Positions 19,271 through 31,142 are shown, counted from the first letter of the stretch. The stretch is DNA of 64,000 nt from Clostridiales bacterium (GCA_022508305.1 JAFLVM010000001.1:125347-189346), one strand, 5' to 3'. Notes: a model not told the origin generated them from the letters alone. A program made the numbers and translations.

Positions 19271-21826
19271 ATGGCAAATACAACAACTAATACGCAAAAA
19301 ACTAAAAGCTTTGAAAACGTCAAGACTGTTAAAGTCAACGTTTTGGACGTTGCTCGCAGTTTGCAACAATCGCTTGCTGCGTTGAAACAACGCGCAAATG
19401 CGTTGTCGATACAAATACAGGAGCGCAAAGCGGAGTTTAGACAAATAGAAGTTGAGGCCACCGTAAACGAGATAGTTCAGGAAACGGTTGAGGTTACTCC
19501 AACTCCAATAGAGGAGCCTGTTGCGGTCGAAGTTGCAGAGGAGCCGATTGCTGAAGCGGAAAAGCCCGAGGAAGCGGAGCCTGTTGTTGAAGTTCCCCCG
19601 CAACCGGTAGAGGAAAAGCCTAAAACAAAAGTCGTTACCACTATCGAAAACGGCAGAGAGGTCAAAACCTACACCGACGACAAGGGAAACGTCAAGGTCA
19701 GGAAGTTCCTCGATTTGTCTGCTAACAAGCGTACGCCAAGTAGTCCCTCAACGGCAAAACGTGACGAGCGCGGTGGGGCAAGACAAAACGCTCCCGCAAA
19801 AGGCAAGGACGACCAATCTAAACGCGGCACTCAACCGCGTGCGGCAGGACAAACCGCTAAAAAGTTTGCCCCAGTCATGGACATTCCGCAGAGTGGACCG
19901 CAAAAGTCGCACGGCAACAAGAACAAGACTAAGGAACATCCCGACGAAAAGCGCACAAGCAGTCTGAAAAAGAGTCTGCTTACGCGTGATTATACTGCCG
20001 ACTACGACGAGGACAGAGTTGTTCGTCGCGCGCGCAGCAAGAAGTCGGACAGTCACGTAGTTGTCGCGCCTAAAATTACTCACGCTGTCGTTACAACCGA
20101 AGAGGTTGCTATCAAGGTGTTGAGTGAAAAGATAGGCGTTTCCGCATCTGAAATTATCAAGCAACTGTTCAAAGAAGGCATAATGAAGACAATCAACGAC
20201 ACCGTTGACTTCGATTACGCCGAATACGTTGCCGGCATGCACGGCGTAACACTTGAGCTTAAGGTGGAAAAGACGGCAGAGGAAATCATTTTCGACGCCG
20301 ACGCTGACGACGGACTTGAAAACAACACCAAGCGTCCGCCCATCGTTACCGTAATGGGTCACGTTGACCACGGTAAAACGTCACTGCTTGACGCAATTCG
20401 TAACACTAACGTTACGAGCGGCGAAGCGGGCGGAATCACACAGCATATCGGCGCCTACACGGTTACCGCAAATGGCGAAACTATTACGTTTATCGACACT
20501 CCCGGTCACGCAGCGTTCACAGCAATGCGCGCTCGCGGAGCGAAAATCACCGACGTAGCAATCATAGTAGTTGCGGCAGACGACGGCGTCATGCCTCAAA
20601 CTATCGAAGCAATCAACCACGCGAAGGCGGCAGGCGTATCTATCGTTGTTGCTATCAACAAGATGGACAAACCTCACATTGATCCCGACAGAGTAAAGCA
20701 ACAGCTCACCGAATACGAGCTTGTACCCGAAGAGTGGGGCGGCGACACGATTATGGTGCCCGTTTCTGCTAAAACAGGTATGGGATTGGACAAACTGCTT
20801 GAAAGCGTGTTGTTGATAACTGAAATAAAGGAACTCAAGGCTAACCCCGAAAAGCGCGCGACAGGTACTGTTATTGAAGCCAAACTTGACAAGGGCAGAG
20901 GTCCTGTGGCAACCGTACTTATTAGCAACGGTACTTTGAACGTTGGCGACAGCTTGATAGCAGGCTACGCAACAGGCAAAATTCGCGCAATGTTTGACGA
21001 CAAGGGCAAGAAAGTCAAGAGCGCAGGTCCGTCAATGCCTGTCGAGGTACTTGGATTTTCCGAGGTTCCTCAAGCGGGCGACTACATGTACGTTGCAGAC
21101 GAAAAGCTTGTCAAGAAGGCTGCCGAGGAACGCAAAACTAAGGTTAAGTTGGAAAACGCGCGTCAAGCTCCTGCCCTCAATCTTGGCGATTTGTTCGGAC
21201 GTATTTCCGAAGGACAGCTTAAAACTCTCAATATTATCGTCAAAACCGACGTACAGGGCAGCTTGGAAGCATTGAAGGCAAGCCTTGAAAAGATTTCAAA
21301 CGACGAAGTTAAGGTCAGCGCAATTCACGGCGGCGTAGGCGGTATCAATGAAACGGATATTATGCTTGCAAAGGCGTCGGAGGCAATCGTCATCGGCTTC
21401 AACGTTCGCGCAGATACCAACGCTAAGGCTTTAGCGGAAAAAGAAGGCGTAGACGTCAGACTGTACAGCGTAATTTACGACGCTGTGGACGACGTTACGG
21501 CTGCAATGAAAGGTATGCTTGCTCCCAAGTTCCGCGAGACTGTTCTCGGAAGCGCGGAAGTTCGCGAAGTTTTCAAGATTACGGGCGTTGGCGCAGTTGC
21601 CGGTTGCTACGTTACAAACGGAAAGGTTGCGCGTAACGGCAAGGTTCGTATTTACCGCAACGACGTTAGCATTTACGACGGCAACATTTTGGCTCTCAAA
21701 CGCTTCAAGGACGACGTAAAGGAAGTGGCATCCGGTTACGAATGCGGTATTTCCGTTGAGAACTACAACGATATCAAGGTTGGCGACGTATTTGAAATTT
21801 ATCAAATGGAAGAGATAGCGCAATGA
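19271..21826 (+). CDS. infB: translation initiation factor IF-2
   Basis: [17 protein letters not shown] and NKMD GTPase motifs. SD GGGAGG lies before ATG 19271. Confidence 0.97.
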   Translation: MANTTTNTQKTKSFENVKTVKVNVLDVARSLQQSLAALKQRANALSIQIQERKAEFRQIEVEATVNEIVQETVEVTPTPIEEPVAVEVAEEPIAEAEKPEEAEPVVEVPPQPVEEKPKTKVVTTIENGREVKTYTDDKGNVKVRKFLDLSANKRTPSSPSTAKRDERGGARQNAPAKGKDDQSKRGTQPRAAGQTAKKFAPVMDIPQSGPQKSHGNKNKTKEHPDEKRTSSLKKSLLTRDYTADYDEDRVVRRARSKKSDSHVVVAPKITHAVVTTEEVAIKVLSEKIGVSASEIIKQLFKEGIMKTINDTVDFDYAEYVAGMHGVTLELKVEKTAEEIIFDADADDGLENNTKRPPIVTVMGHVDHGKTSLLDAIRNTNVTSGEAGGITQHIGAYTVTANGETITFIDTPGHAAFTAMRARGAKITDVAIIVVAADDGVMPQTIEAINHAKAAGVSIVVAINKMDKPHIDPDRVKQQLTEYELVPEEWGGDTIMVPVSAKTGMGLDKLLESVLLITEIKELKANPEKRATGTVIEAKLDKGRGPVATVLISNGTLNVGDSLIAGYATGKIRAMFDDKGKKVKSAGPSMPVEVLGFSEVPQAGDYMYVADEKLVKKAAEERKTKVKLENARQAPALNLGDLFGRISEGQLKTLNIIVKTDVQGSLEALKASLEKISNDEVKVSAIHGGVGGINETDIMLAKASEAIVIGFNVRADTNAKALAEKEGVDVRLYSVIYDAVDDVTAAMKGMLAPKFRETVLGSAEVREVFKITGVGAVAGCYVTNGKVARNGKVRIYRNDVSIYDGNILALKRFKDDVKEVASGYECGISVENYNDIKVGDVFEIYQMEEIAQ

Positions 21827-22182
21827 ACACGAGAACTAACAAACTAAACGCCGAGTTTAAACGCTTGATTGTGGAAATATTGACTAAAAAGGTGAAGGAT
21901 CCGCGTATTACCGAAATGTTCACCGTCCTTGACGTAGACTGCGACAGAGAATTGAGTTCTGCGAAGGTGTACGTCAGCATTTACTCCACAAACACGGAAA
22001 AGGCAACGCAAACCTTCCTTGCAATACGTGAAAACGAATCTTTTGTACGTCGCGAAATTTCCAAGACGATGCACATACGTAAAGTGCCGGAATTTAACTT
22101 CATTTTGGACACGTCAATGGCGTACGGACAGAAGATAAACGAAATGCTTTATGAAATCAGCAAAAAAGACGGCGACAATTAG
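21823..22182 (+). CDS. rbfA: ribosome-binding factor A
   Basis: [10 protein letters not shown]...[15 protein letters not shown] pattern. Synteny after infB. Confidence 0.93.
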   Translation: MNTRTNKLNAEFKRLIVEILTKKVKDPRITEMFTVLDVDCDRELSSAKVYVSIYSTNTEKATQTFLAIRENESFVRREISKTMHIRKVPEFNFILDTSMAYGQKINEMLYEISKKDGDN

Positions 22183-23113
22183 TCAGGTTGCCGAGATACT
22201 GCTTAGCAAAAAGCGTGTGGCATTGTTTGCTCACACTAACCCCGACGGCGACACAGTTGGATCCTGTGTTGCCCTTTGTCTTGCTTTGAAGAAGCTTGGC
22301 AAAGAAGTCAGTCTTTTTTGCGACATGGACTTAAGCGCAAGCTTGGCGCAATTTATTCAAGGTGAAATTTTTAGCCGTGTTTTTCAGGGTAGCTACGATT
22401 TGCTTGTAGCGGTGGATTGCGGCGACGCCAACCGTTTGGGCGAATTTTACTCAGTTTACAACAGATTTGACGAAACTTTGACTGTAGATCATCACGGCGG
22501 GGAATATTTTTCTAAATACAACTGTGTAACGCATTACGCAAGTACCTGTCAGATGATATATGAAATTCTGCGCGAATTACACGTAGAGCTTGACAACGCC
22601 ATTGCCACGAGTTTGTACGTGGGGCTATCAACGGATACTGGTAATTTTATGCACAACAACACCGACAGTGCAAGTTTCCTAATGGCTGCGGAACTTTGTA
22701 AATACGGTGTTGACACTGAAAAAATTGGGCGAGTGTTTTTTAAAGATACGTCCTTAGCCGAAACAAAACTCGTCGCTAGCGCCCTGTCAAGGTTGAGAAC
22801 GTACTACGACGACAAGTTGGTGCTCCTTTACGTAACCAAGAAGGATTTGGATGAGTTAGGACTGGAGCTTTCGGCAACGTCAGGACTTGTACAGTATGCA
22901 ATAAACGTCGAAACTGCAAAAGTTGGCGTATGCATTACGGAAAGTAAGCCTAACAACTACAAGGTTAGCATGCGCGGCAATGGTGTTTCTGTGAGAGATA
23001 TTTGTCAGGAATTTGGCGGCGGCGGACACGTTGCAGCGGCAGGTTGTATGATTTCGGGTTTTTTAGAGGACGTCATTGAAAAGATTGTCCGCGTGGTGGG
23101 TTACTCGTTATGA
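22151..23113 (+). CDS. nrnA: DHH-family phosphoesterase (NrnA-like oligoribonuclease/pAp phosphatase)
   Basis: HTNPDGDTVGS, DHH and GGGHVAAAG motifs. Confidence 0.88.
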   Translation: MKSAKKTATISQVAEILLSKKRVALFAHTNPDGDTVGSCVALCLALKKLGKEVSLFCDMDLSASLAQFIQGEIFSRVFQGSYDLLVAVDCGDANRLGEFYSVYNRFDETLTVDHHGGEYFSKYNCVTHYASTCQMIYEILRELHVELDNAIATSLYVGLSTDTGNFMHNNTDSASFLMAAELCKYGVDTEKIGRVFFKDTSLAETKLVASALSRLRTYYDDKLVLLYVTKKDLDELGLELSATSGLVQYAINVETAKVGVCITESKPNNYKVSMRGNGVSVRDICQEFGGGGHVAAAGCMISGFLEDVIEKIVRVVGYSL

Positions 23114-23967
23114 ACGGCTTTATCAACGTACTGAAACCTGTGGGAGCTACGGCAAGCGACGTAGTGGTGTGCTTGAAGCACGTATTACACGAGAAGAAAG
23201 TGGGGCATCTTGGTACGCTTGACCCCGGCGCAAGCGGTGTGCTGCCAATTGCCGTGGGGCTTGGAACAAGACTGTTCAATTTTCTTACCAACAAAGTAAA
23301 ATACTATCGCGCTTTCTTCACCTTCGGCAAGACAACGGACACCTTGGACTCCTACGGCGAGGTGACGGAGACCTGCGAGCATATTCCAACGTCTGAACAA
23401 GTTGAAACGGTATTGCAAAGTTTTGTAGGTGAATTACAACAAATTCCGCCTGCTTATTCGGCAATATCGGTGGGTGGAGTACGCGCCTACAAGCTTGCCC
23501 GCAGTGGCGAGACGGTAGAGCTTCGTTCGCGTAATGTGAGCGTTTATGACATTAAGCTCGTAAAACAACAAGACGCAAATACTTTTGTAATTGACATTTG
23601 GTGCAGCGGCGGAACCTACATTCGTTCGCTTGCAAGAGACGTTGCGGCTTCTTGCGGTACTGTCGGCTACATGAGTGGCTTGATCAGGCTCAAATCAGGT
23701 TGTTTTGACATACAAAGCGCCTATACGTTAGATGAAATTCGCGAGTTGAAGGAAAAATGCCTTTTGGACGTAATGTATCCGCTTGGCGACGTTGAGACGC
23801 TTGTGTTGGACGACAGATTTTTTTACGATTTAGAGTATGGCCGCAAAATTCGCGTTGAACAATTTAACGACTATCGGAAAATTTACTGCAAGGGCGTTTT
23901 CTTTGGCTTAGGAAAATGTCAAAACGGTATCCTCGAACTGGAATACTACCTAAAAAACGCCTTTTAG
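23110..23967 (+). CDS. truB: tRNA pseudouridine-55 synthase
   Basis: GHLGTLDPGASGVLP catalytic Asp motif. Confidence 0.95.
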   Translation: MNGFINVLKPVGATASDVVVCLKHVLHEKKVGHLGTLDPGASGVLPIAVGLGTRLFNFLTNKVKYYRAFFTFGKTTDTLDSYGEVTETCEHIPTSEQVETVLQSFVGELQQIPPAYSAISVGGVRAYKLARSGETVELRSRNVSVYDIKLVKQQDANTFVIDIWCSGGTYIRSLARDVAASCGTVGYMSGLIRLKSGCFDIQSAYTLDEIRELKEKCLLDVMYPLGDVETLVLDDRFFYDLEYGRKIRVEQFNDYRKIYCKGVFFGLGKCQNGILELEYYLKNAF

Positions 23968-23978
23968 TTGACAATAAT

Positions 23979-24866
23979 ATGCAAATAGTACAGTTTGGAC
24001 AAAAACTGAATACGCCTATCGTCATTTGTTTGGGTTACTTTGGCAGTATGCACCTTGGGCATCAAAAGCTGCTTGAAGTGGCAAAACGTCACGCCGATGA
24101 GCTTAACGCCAATGTTGCGCTGTTCACATTTAGCAACAACCACCTCAAGGTATTGGGAATGGACTGTTCAGTGGTGTACACGTTTGAAGAAAGGCTCAGT
24201 ATTTACGAGAATTTGGGCGTAGATTACGTAATTGCTGCGGAGTTTGACGACAGTTTTCGCAAACAAAGCGGCGCGCAGTTCGTTGAGTTGCTCAAAAAGT
24301 ACAATCTCAAGGGCGTAGTGTGCGGATTTGACTACACCTGCGGCAGAGACCGTATGAATGCAGCGCAATTAAGTGACAGCTTAAATGGTGTATGTAGTGT
24401 TTACGTGGTGGATGCAATTTGTCTGAACGGCGAAAAGATAAGTACTTCGCGCTTGCGTGAAATGCTGTTAAGTAACGATTTGGAAAAGGCAAACGCGCTT
24501 TTGTCCGAGCCGTATTTCCTTGTTGGTAAGGTTGTCAGCGGCAGACACGTTGGCAGTCAAATTGGATTTCCCACCGCAAACCTACAAATAAGCGGCGAAA
24601 AGGAACTGCCTTTGGGTGTGTACGGCGGACAAACGGTTGTAGACGGCAAACTCTACCGCGCAATAGTAAACGTAGGACAAAAACCGACCTTCGGACTCGA
24701 TTACGTCAACGTAGAGGCGCATCTACTTGATTTTGAAGGCGATTTGTACGGCAAACAGCTCAAGGTTGCATTGACAAAATATTTGCGTCCTATAAGTAAA
24801 TTCAACAGCGCGCAGGAACTCATCGAACAGTTAAAAAAAGACAGGGGAGTGGTTTTGAATGATTAG
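23979..24866 (+). CDS. ribF: bifunctional riboflavin kinase / FMN adenylyltransferase
   Basis: GYFGSMHLGHQKLL and GFPTANL motifs. The track start at 23916 would overlap truB by about 50 nt. Confidence 0.92.
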   Translation: MQIVQFGQKLNTPIVICLGYFGSMHLGHQKLLEVAKRHADELNANVALFTFSNNHLKVLGMDCSVVYTFEERLSIYENLGVDYVIAAEFDDSFRKQSGAQFVELLKKYNLKGVVCGFDYTCGRDRMNAAQLSDSLNGVCSVYVVDAICLNGEKISTSRLREMLLSNDLEKANALLSEPYFLVGKVVSGRHVGSQIGFPTANLQISGEKELPLGVYGGQTVVDGKLYRAIVNVGQKPTFGLDYVNVEAHLLDFEGDLYGKQLKVALTKYLRPISKFNSAQELIEQLKKDRGVVLND

Positions 24867-25704
24867 ATTTGGACCGAGCGGAAACTGTACTCGGTTTTAC
24901 GACGAGGGGCATACGTCGTCAACCGACGCGCCCAAGTGGCTGTCGGATCAAGGACTAAACGCGTACGAATACTCCTTTGGCAGAGGCATAAACATAAGTA
25001 ACGAAAAAGCCAACGCTATAGGCGAACTGGGAAAAGCCTTTGGCGTTGAAATCTCCGTTCACGCGCCGTACTACATCAATCTTGCCAATCCGTCGGACGA
25101 GATGGCGGAAAAATCTTACGGTTACGTATTGCGTAGCTGTCAAAAGGTACGCGAGTTTTACGGCAAACGCGTGGTTTTTCACCCTTCAACAGTGGGCAAA
25201 ATGACGAGGAAAGAGGCCGTAGAACTCACGCAAAAGCGTATGGAGGTTTTGGCGCGTCTAATCGTTGAAAACAAGATGGACGACTGTATTTTCTGTCCCG
25301 AAACAATGGGCAAAATCAATCAAATAGGCGACGTGGAGGAAGTGACGAAGTTTTGCAAAACGGCGGATTTCTTCATCCCAACAATAGATTTCGGACATAT
25401 AAACGCCCGCACCTACGGCAGTCTTAAGACGGCTGAGGACTACGAGCAAATAATAACTCATCTTATCAACAATTTGGGAATGGAGCGGGCAAGCAAGGTT
25501 CACGTTCACTTTTCCAAAATCGAGTACTCGAACGGCGGTGAAGTGAGGCATTTGACCTTTGCCGACACAGTTTTCGGACCTGAATTTGAACCTTTGGCAA
25601 AGATATTAAAAAAATACAAGCTTGAGCCGGTAGTCATTTGCGAATCGGCAGGCACGCAAACCGACGACGCGCTTGAAATGAAACGTATTTACGACAGCTT
25701 GTGA
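24859..25704 (+). CDS. xylose-isomerase-like TIM-barrel protein (endonuclease IV/AP-endonuclease-2 superfamily)
   Basis: FGPSG...ISVHAPYYINLA...VVFHPS...FGH pattern. Confidence 0.7.
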   Translation: MIRFGPSGNCTRFYDEGHTSSTDAPKWLSDQGLNAYEYSFGRGINISNEKANAIGELGKAFGVEISVHAPYYINLANPSDEMAEKSYGYVLRSCQKVREFYGKRVVFHPSTVGKMTRKEAVELTQKRMEVLARLIVENKMDDCIFCPETMGKINQIGDVEEVTKFCKTADFFIPTIDFGHINARTYGSLKTAEDYEQIITHLINNLGMERASKVHVHFSKIEYSNGGEVRHLTFADTVFGPEFEPLAKILKKYKLEPVVICESAGTQTDDALEMKRIYDSL

Positions 25705-25718
25705 TTTTGGAGGAATAC

Positions 25719-26786
25719 ATGAAAAACACCGACAAACTTTTTCAGTTGAAAGAAGTTGACGCGATAGTGGTAATTAGCGAGAAAAACCGCTTGTATTTTA
25801 CAGGTTTCGCCTCAACTTTTGGCTATCTCGTACTGCTACACGGTAACAAAAACGTGTTCATTACCGACCCGAGATACTACGAAATGGCGCAAAGTCTTGA
25901 AAAGGACGGCGTTGAGGTAGTGCAAATTGCCAACGGCGTAGGCGCTATTGACACACTTTTGGACATTTTTACTAAATACAATGTGAAAATCGTTGGCTAT
26001 GAAGATACCGAACTGACCGTCAGCGAATATCTGTCGCTCAAAGAAAACCTGCCCCAAATTGAGCTTGTCTCGGTTGGTAAAGATATTAACTTCGTGCGCA
26101 GCTTCAAGACGGCTGAGGAAATTGATTATATAAAAAAGGCGCAATCTATAACCGACGTTGCTTTTTCTAAAATACTCAAGGTAATCAAACCCGGCATTAC
26201 GGAAAAGGAAATTGCAGTTGAATTGGAGTACCTCATGGCGAAAAACGGCGCGGAAGGATTGGCGTTCGATACGATAATCGCGTCGGGTATCAATTCATCA
26301 AAGCCGCACGCGCACCCGAGTGACAAAGCGGTGGAACTGGGCGATGCCGTTACGATGGACTTTGGCGCAAGTTATCACGGTTACTGTTCGGACATGACGC
26401 GCACGGTTTTCGTTGGCGAACCGTCTGATGAAATGCGCAAAATCTACAACGTGGTGCTACTTGCGCAAAAAATGGGCATCAACAACGCCTACTGCGGAAT
26501 GGATGGCAAGGAGTTGGACTCATTATGCCGCGAGGTAATCAAGTCCAACGGCTACGAGCAGTATTTCACGCACGGCACGGGTCACAGTCTTGGTATCGAC
26601 ATACATGAAACTCCCTACGCAAATATGCGTAGTACCGACGTGCTCAAGGCAAATCAATTTATCACCTGTGAGCCGGGTATTTACATTCCGGGGCTTGGCG
26701 GCGTGAGAATAGAGGATTTGCTCTTGATTCAAGAAGATGGCGTCATAGATTTGACAACTTCAGACAAAAATATTATAATCTTATAG
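25719..26786 (+). CDS. M24-family Xaa-Pro aminopeptidase
   Basis: [13 protein letters not shown] and EPGIY...GGVRIED motifs. SD GGAGG lies before ATG 25719. Confidence 0.92.
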   Translation: MKNTDKLFQLKEVDAIVVISEKNRLYFTGFASTFGYLVLLHGNKNVFITDPRYYEMAQSLEKDGVEVVQIANGVGAIDTLLDIFTKYNVKIVGYEDTELTVSEYLSLKENLPQIELVSVGKDINFVRSFKTAEEIDYIKKAQSITDVAFSKILKVIKPGITEKEIAVELEYLMAKNGAEGLAFDTIIASGINSSKPHAHPSDKAVELGDAVTMDFGASYHGYCSDMTRTVFVGEPSDEMRKIYNVVLLAQKMGINNAYCGMDGKELDSLCREVIKSNGYEQYFTHGTGHSLGIDIHETPYANMRSTDVLKANQFITCEPGIYIPGLGGVRIEDLLLIQEDGVIDLTTSDKNIIIL

Positions 26787-26811
26787 GATAAACACAGGGA
26801 GGCTACAAATT

Positions 26812-27372
26812 ATGATTTTAGCAGGCGATTTTAGAAAGGGCGTAACGTTCGTATATAACAACGGCATTTACGTAATCGTAGATTTCCAACACGTAAAACC
26901 GGGCAAGGGCGCTGCGTTTGTAAGAACAAAGATTAAGAACGTCGTAACAGGCGCTGTTCGTGAAGAAACCTTCAACCCGTCGGAAAAGTTTGAACTTGCG
27001 CGTATTGAAAACAAGGAAATGGAGTACCTTTACAGCGACGGTGATTTGTACTACTTCATGGACAACGAAACCTACGAACAAGTACCTCTGAACCACAGCC
27101 AAGTTGAGGACGCTTTGCAATTCCTGAAAGAGAACATGTCCGCTACAATCAAATTCTACAAGGGTGAGGCATTCTCCGTAGAACCTCCCAACTTCGTAGT
27201 TTTGCAGGTTGTAAGCTGTGAACCCGCTGTAGCAGGCAACACCGCAACAAACGCAACGAAACCTGCAACCGTAGAAACCGGTTACACGTTGATGGTTCCC
27301 ATGTTCGTAAACGAAGGCGATATGATTCGTATCGACACGCGTACGGGCGAATACATGGAAAGAGCTAAGTAG
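26812..27372 (+). CDS. efp: translation elongation factor P
   Basis: [16 protein letters not shown] motif. Confidence 0.97.
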   Translation: MILAGDFRKGVTFVYNNGIYVIVDFQHVKPGKGAAFVRTKIKNVVTGAVREETFNPSEKFELARIENKEMEYLYSDGDLYYFMDNETYEQVPLNHSQVEDALQFLKENMSATIKFYKGEAFSVEPPNFVVLQVVSCEPAVAGNTATNATKPATVETGYTLMVPMFVNEGDMIRIDTRTGEYMERAK

Positions 27373-27396
27373 TAATTGCGCTACAAATCAAACAAA

Positions 27397-27431
27397 CAGA
27401 ACTGTCGTAATCTTGCGGCAGTTCTTTTTTT
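27397..27431 (+). terminator. intrinsic terminator
   Basis: AGAACTG / CAGTTCT stem followed by a T8 run. Confidence 0.8.
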
Positions 27432-27608
27432 ATGTAATCACTTATTGTTTTTATTAAAATCACAGTTTGAATTTATTTTTCTGACAATTAAATTGCATCT
27501 TAGATAAAAAAATCCAAAATATAAATTATCTTTACTACGTGACGCATGATTTGGCTTTTTTCGTGATGAAACAAGTATATTTTCACGGCTTGTCCAATAT
27601 TATGTTGT

Positions 27609-28442
27609 ATGAAACTGATGGACTGTCTACCAAGCGAGCTGTCGTACGTTCTTGGAATGCAAAAGGACGTTCGTGAAATTCGTTTACGCAACGGTAGGGC
27701 GGTCAGAGTAAACGTTGGCGGCCAGTGGTACTTTGTCGGAAGCAAAGGACTTGTGCAGCAACAAAGTAATGCATTGATTCTCGGCGAAACGTGTGACAGC
27801 GTCGTAAAACGCGCGTGTAACAATTCCATCTACGCGTATGAAAAGATGCTTGCAAATGGATTCTTTACGTTAGAGGACGGAGTACGCGTTGGAGTGTGCG
27901 GTCAGGTCGCCGGAAGTAATGAGGCGGTGTTCCAAAAATACACCTCGCTGTGCTTTCGCGTGCCACATCACGTAAGCTGTGTAGACAATGCCACCTTTAC
28001 ACAGTGTACGAAAGGTAACGTAATTGTAATCGGACCTCCTTGTAGCGGTAAAACAACCTTTTTGCGTGATTTGTCCGTAAAACTGTCTCAGAATTACAAC
28101 GTGTTAGTGGTGGATGAAAGAGGGGAACTGTTTTACGACAGCGAATTACTTAATTCCTCTTGCTGCGACGTTTTGAAATGGACAAGCAAGGCATACGCAT
28201 TCGAGGTGGGTGTTCGCGCGATGTCGCCCGAGTGGATTGTGTGCGACGAGCTTTCAACGGACGATATACCTTCGGTAAAAGCATGCGTCAGTAGCGGTGT
28301 ACGTGTCGCCTGCAGCGCTCACGGTTTTTCGTTGGATGATTTCGCGCAAAAATTTGATTTGGTAAAGCATTTTGATACTGCAGTAATACTCAATCAACAC
28401 GGTTATTCCTACAATATTAAATTGCTAAACGCAAAAGTTTAA
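27609..28442 (+). CDS. spoIIIAA: stage III sporulation protein AA (ATPase)
   Basis: EIRLRNGRAV pattern and Walker A GPPCSGKTT. First gene of an eight-gene spoIIIA block. Confidence 0.9.
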   Translation: MKLMDCLPSELSYVLGMQKDVREIRLRNGRAVRVNVGGQWYFVGSKGLVQQQSNALILGETCDSVVKRACNNSIYAYEKMLANGFFTLEDGVRVGVCGQVAGSNEAVFQKYTSLCFRVPHHVSCVDNATFTQCTKGNVIVIGPPCSGKTTFLRDLSVKLSQNYNVLVVDERGELFYDSELLNSSCCDVLKWTSKAYAFEVGVRAMSPEWIVCDELSTDDIPSVKACVSSGVRVACSAHGFSLDDFAQKFDLVKHFDTAVILNQHGYSYNIKLLNAKV

Positions 28443-28528
28443 GCAAAGCATTTAAAGATTTGTAAAAAATCAAGTAAATACAAAAAAATGAGCTGACTAT
28501 TACGAAAAATGGCGAAATATAGAATACT

Positions 28529-28975
28529 ATGTTAGACATAATCATACTAATTGCCTGCGCATTGTGCGGTTACGCATGCGGAAAGTACCTTGAAAAGCGT
28601 ATAAAACGTAAAGGCGAGTTCTATTCAGACCTGAATAGGTACGTTGCTTTACTCAAAGTAAACGTAGAGGGGCGGCAAGTGGAATTGTCTACCTTTGACT
28701 CGGAATTTACGACAAATTGTTCGCCGACTTTTCGCGAGTACTTGCAAAACAGAAAATGGAAATGTAGCCTGACTGCCGCGCAAAAAAGTGAGGTGTCAAG
28801 CTTCTTCGACAATATGGACTGTGTCAGTTCACAGCAGTTACGCAAGCATATCGATTATTATGCGACGTTGTTTGAAACAAGCAAGCAGACTGTGGAAAAA
28901 GAAGTGACAAAGTCGTCAATTTACGTAAAGCTTGGCATTCTGCTCGGCGTGATGGTTGGAATAGTGCTTATGTGA
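28529..28975 (+). CDS. spoIIIAB: stage III sporulation protein AB
   Basis: Size, N- and C-terminal TM helices, and position. Confidence 0.85.
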   Translation: MLDIIILIACALCGYACGKYLEKRIKRKGEFYSDLNRYVALLKVNVEGRQVELSTFDSEFTTNCSPTFREYLQNRKWKCSLTAAQKSEVSSFFDNMDCVSSQQLRKHIDYYATLFETSKQTVEKEVTKSSIYVKLGILLGVMVGIVLM

Positions 28976-28986
28976 CGGTGACAAAA

Positions 28987-29181
28987 ATGGATTTGGCAGT
29001 AATTATTAAAATAGCTGCGGTGGGTATCATAACAGCCATTGCGGCAATGCTACTTAAACGCGCAGGCAAGGACGAAATTGCGACGGTGGTGTCCGTCGTA
29101 GGACTTGTAATTGCGCTTGTGATGATGTTGGACGTTATCGTGCAGCTGTACGACACGTTGCAATCGCTATTTGACTTGTAA
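28987..29181 (+). CDS. spoIIIAC: stage III sporulation protein AC
   Basis: KIAAVGIITAIAAMLLKRAGKDE pattern. Alternative GTG start at 28972. Confidence 0.88.
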   Translation: MDLAVIIKIAAVGIITAIAAMLLKRAGKDEIATVVSVVGLVIALVMMLDVIVQLYDTLQSLFDL

Positions 29182-29183
29182 CT

Positions 29184-29570
29184 ATGGATTTTTACAAAAT
29201 AGCGTTACTTGCAATTTTGTCTATAGCAGGCATTGCCGTTGTCCGACAGCTGAAGCAGGAATTTGCCATGCCGCTCACCATTGGCGTGTCCGTGCTTTTG
29301 CTACTCATGATTTGCGACGAGTTGTACAACGTAGTGTACACCTTTTACAACTTTGCGGACTCTGCAAACATCGACAGCGAGGCGATATCTTGCGTCATCA
29401 AGGTGGTGGGCATAGGTTACCTTGCGGAATTTTCCAACAACGTGTGTGTAGACGCCAATTGCAAAAGCATAGGCGACAAGGTGCTGCTTGCGTCCAAAGT
29501 GGCGATACTTTTCTGCGCGTTGCCCGTCGTGGAAAAGCTGTTTAGCGTGATAATGAGTCTGGTTCAATGA
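29184..29570 (+). CDS. spoIIIAD: stage III sporulation protein AD
   Basis: KVVGIGYLAEFSNNVCVDA pattern and position. Confidence 0.88.
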   Translation: MDFYKIALLAILSIAGIAVVRQLKQEFAMPLTIGVSVLLLLMICDELYNVVYTFYNFADSANIDSEAISCVIKVVGIGYLAEFSNNVCVDANCKSIGDKVLLASKVAILFCALPVVEKLFSVIMSLVQ

Positions 29571-30700
29571 AATTGCGTATTATTTGCGTGATAGTTCTGA
29601 TCACAATGCTATTTACGCCATGCTTTGCCTACGCCGACGTCATGAGTGACCTTGAGGACAACGTTGATGAGGGATTAGACAACATTGACTTTTCTCAAGT
29701 AGACGAGGTGTCCGGCGGCTTTTTCGGTAGCGTCGTAGAAAAGGTAAAAAGCATAATCAACGGCGAATTCGACAGCGCGGAAAGCTTTTGGCAGGTTGTC
29801 GGCTCCCTTTTTGGTGAAGGTATCAAAGACCTGCTGCCCGAACTGATTGCTATATTCGTAGTATTGGTTATACTCGGTCTAATCCGTAAGACGAGCGGTG
29901 GACTGATTTCCGAAAGCACCGACAACGTAGTGTCTTTTGTAGGCGTAACGGTAGTACTAATGTCCGTTTTGTCTATGATTGTTGACTGTTACAGGCAGGT
30001 TTACCAAATGCTTGCAAATGTCAGCGCGCTAACCGAGGTTTCAATGCCGATACTGTTGACGTTGCTAATCGCCAACGGCGGCAACATGGTCAGTAGCGTT
30101 TGTCAGCCGTCCATGGTTGTTTTCTCAAGCGGAGTAATAGAAATCATAAAGAGCGTGGTGCTGCCGTTGTCCATTTTCGCTCTTGTGTTTTCGGTGGTTA
30201 GCAACATTTCCTCTAACGTCAGGGTGAGCAAAGCGTCGTCCTTTTTGAACAACGTTTCCAACTGGGTGCTGGGGATTGTATTTATGCTGTTTTCGGCGTT
30301 TACCTCTGTACAGGGCATTTCCGCCGCATCCGTCGACGGAGTGTCGTACAGAGCTGCGAAGTTTGCAACCAAAAGCTACGTTCCCATTCTCGGCGGTTAC
30401 CTTGCCGACGGGTTTGACATCGTTGTTGCCAGTACGTCGCTTATCAAAAACGCATTCGGCGCGGTGACAATGCTGACGTTGCTTTTTACGATAATCAAGC
30501 CGCTTGTTGCAATACTGTGCGTCAATCTCGGTTTGCAGGCGGTAGCGGCGCTAAGCGAACCCATAGTAGACGACAAATACGTAAAAATACTGAGCGGCAT
30601 GAGCAAAACGCTCACCTTTCTTGCAGTGCTTATCATTGCAGTGGCGTTTATGTTTTGTATTCTGACGCTTATTGCAATTTGCTGCGCAAACGGAGTGTGA
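29567..30700 (+). CDS. spoIIIAE: stage III sporulation protein AE
   Basis: Signal peptide plus a polytopic membrane protein of typical size, in the expected position. Confidence 0.88.
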   Translation: MKLRIICVIVLITMLFTPCFAYADVMSDLEDNVDEGLDNIDFSQVDEVSGGFFGSVVEKVKSIINGEFDSAESFWQVVGSLFGEGIKDLLPELIAIFVVLVILGLIRKTSGGLISESTDNVVSFVGVTVVLMSVLSMIVDCYRQVYQMLANVSALTEVSMPILLTLLIANGGNMVSSVCQPSMVVFSSGVIEIIKSVVLPLSIFALVFSVVSNISSNVRVSKASSFLNNVSNWVLGIVFMLFSAFTSVQGISAASVDGVSYRAAKFATKSYVPILGGYLADGFDIVVASTSLIKNAFGAVTMLTLLFTIIKPLVAILCVNLGLQAVAALSEPIVDDKYVKILSGMSKTLTFLAVLIIAVAFMFCILTLIAICCANGV

Positions 30701-30701
30701 C

Positions 30702-31139
30702 ATGGGTAAATGGGTAGTAACGGTAGCAGGTATAGCCATACTGTCCGTATTGTGCGACGTAATCTTACCTGAAGGGCAAACGCGCAAGTACGTCAAAACA
30801 GTTTTCGGAGTGGTTGTGACGCTCATCATCGTTCAACCGGTAATACAGCTGTTTGGCGGCGGAATATCGGGAATTTTTACCTCGGCTGACAGTAATATGG
30901 AAGCGCAGCAGCAATACTTACAAAACGTTCACGACCGCAAAACCGAAAACGCCTTGAAATCCGTAAGAACGTTGCTCGAAGAGAACGACTTGACGGTAGA
31001 AAGCATCACGGTGTCCGACGCGGAACAAACCGTGAACGTTCAGATGAACGTTGTCTATTCCGCAAATGCAGAAAGAAAAGTCAAAACAGTGGTGTCCGCT
31101 TATTTCCCAAATTACAACATAATTACGGTGTGGAAGTGA
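30702..31139 (+). CDS. spoIIIAF: stage III sporulation protein AF
   Basis: MGKWVVTVAGIAILSVLCDVILPEG pattern and position. Confidence 0.85.
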   Translation: MGKWVVTVAGIAILSVLCDVILPEGQTRKYVKTVFGVVVTLIIVQPVIQLFGGGISGIFTSADSNMEAQQQYLQNVHDRKTENALKSVRTLLEENDLTVESITVSDAEQTVNVQMNVVYSANAERKVKTVVSAYFPNYNIITVWK

Positions 31140-31142
31140 ACT

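Noticed and set aside
27440-27608. Sigma-E-type promoter for spoIIIA (GTATATT...CAATATTA). I also looked for a sigma-G promoter for spoVAC in 53100-53441.
   Set aside because: The matches to the consensus are weak, and the spoIIIA candidate lies too close to the start codon. I am not confident enough to annotate either.
29171-29545. 124-aa Arg/His/Cys-rich ORF overlapping spoIIIAD in another frame. Similar out-of-frame + ORFs occur at 11009-11281, 11417-11701, 13019-13237, 19761-19967 and 20994-21275.
   Set aside because: These are alternative frames of conserved genes with basic low-complexity translations. I take them as artefacts.
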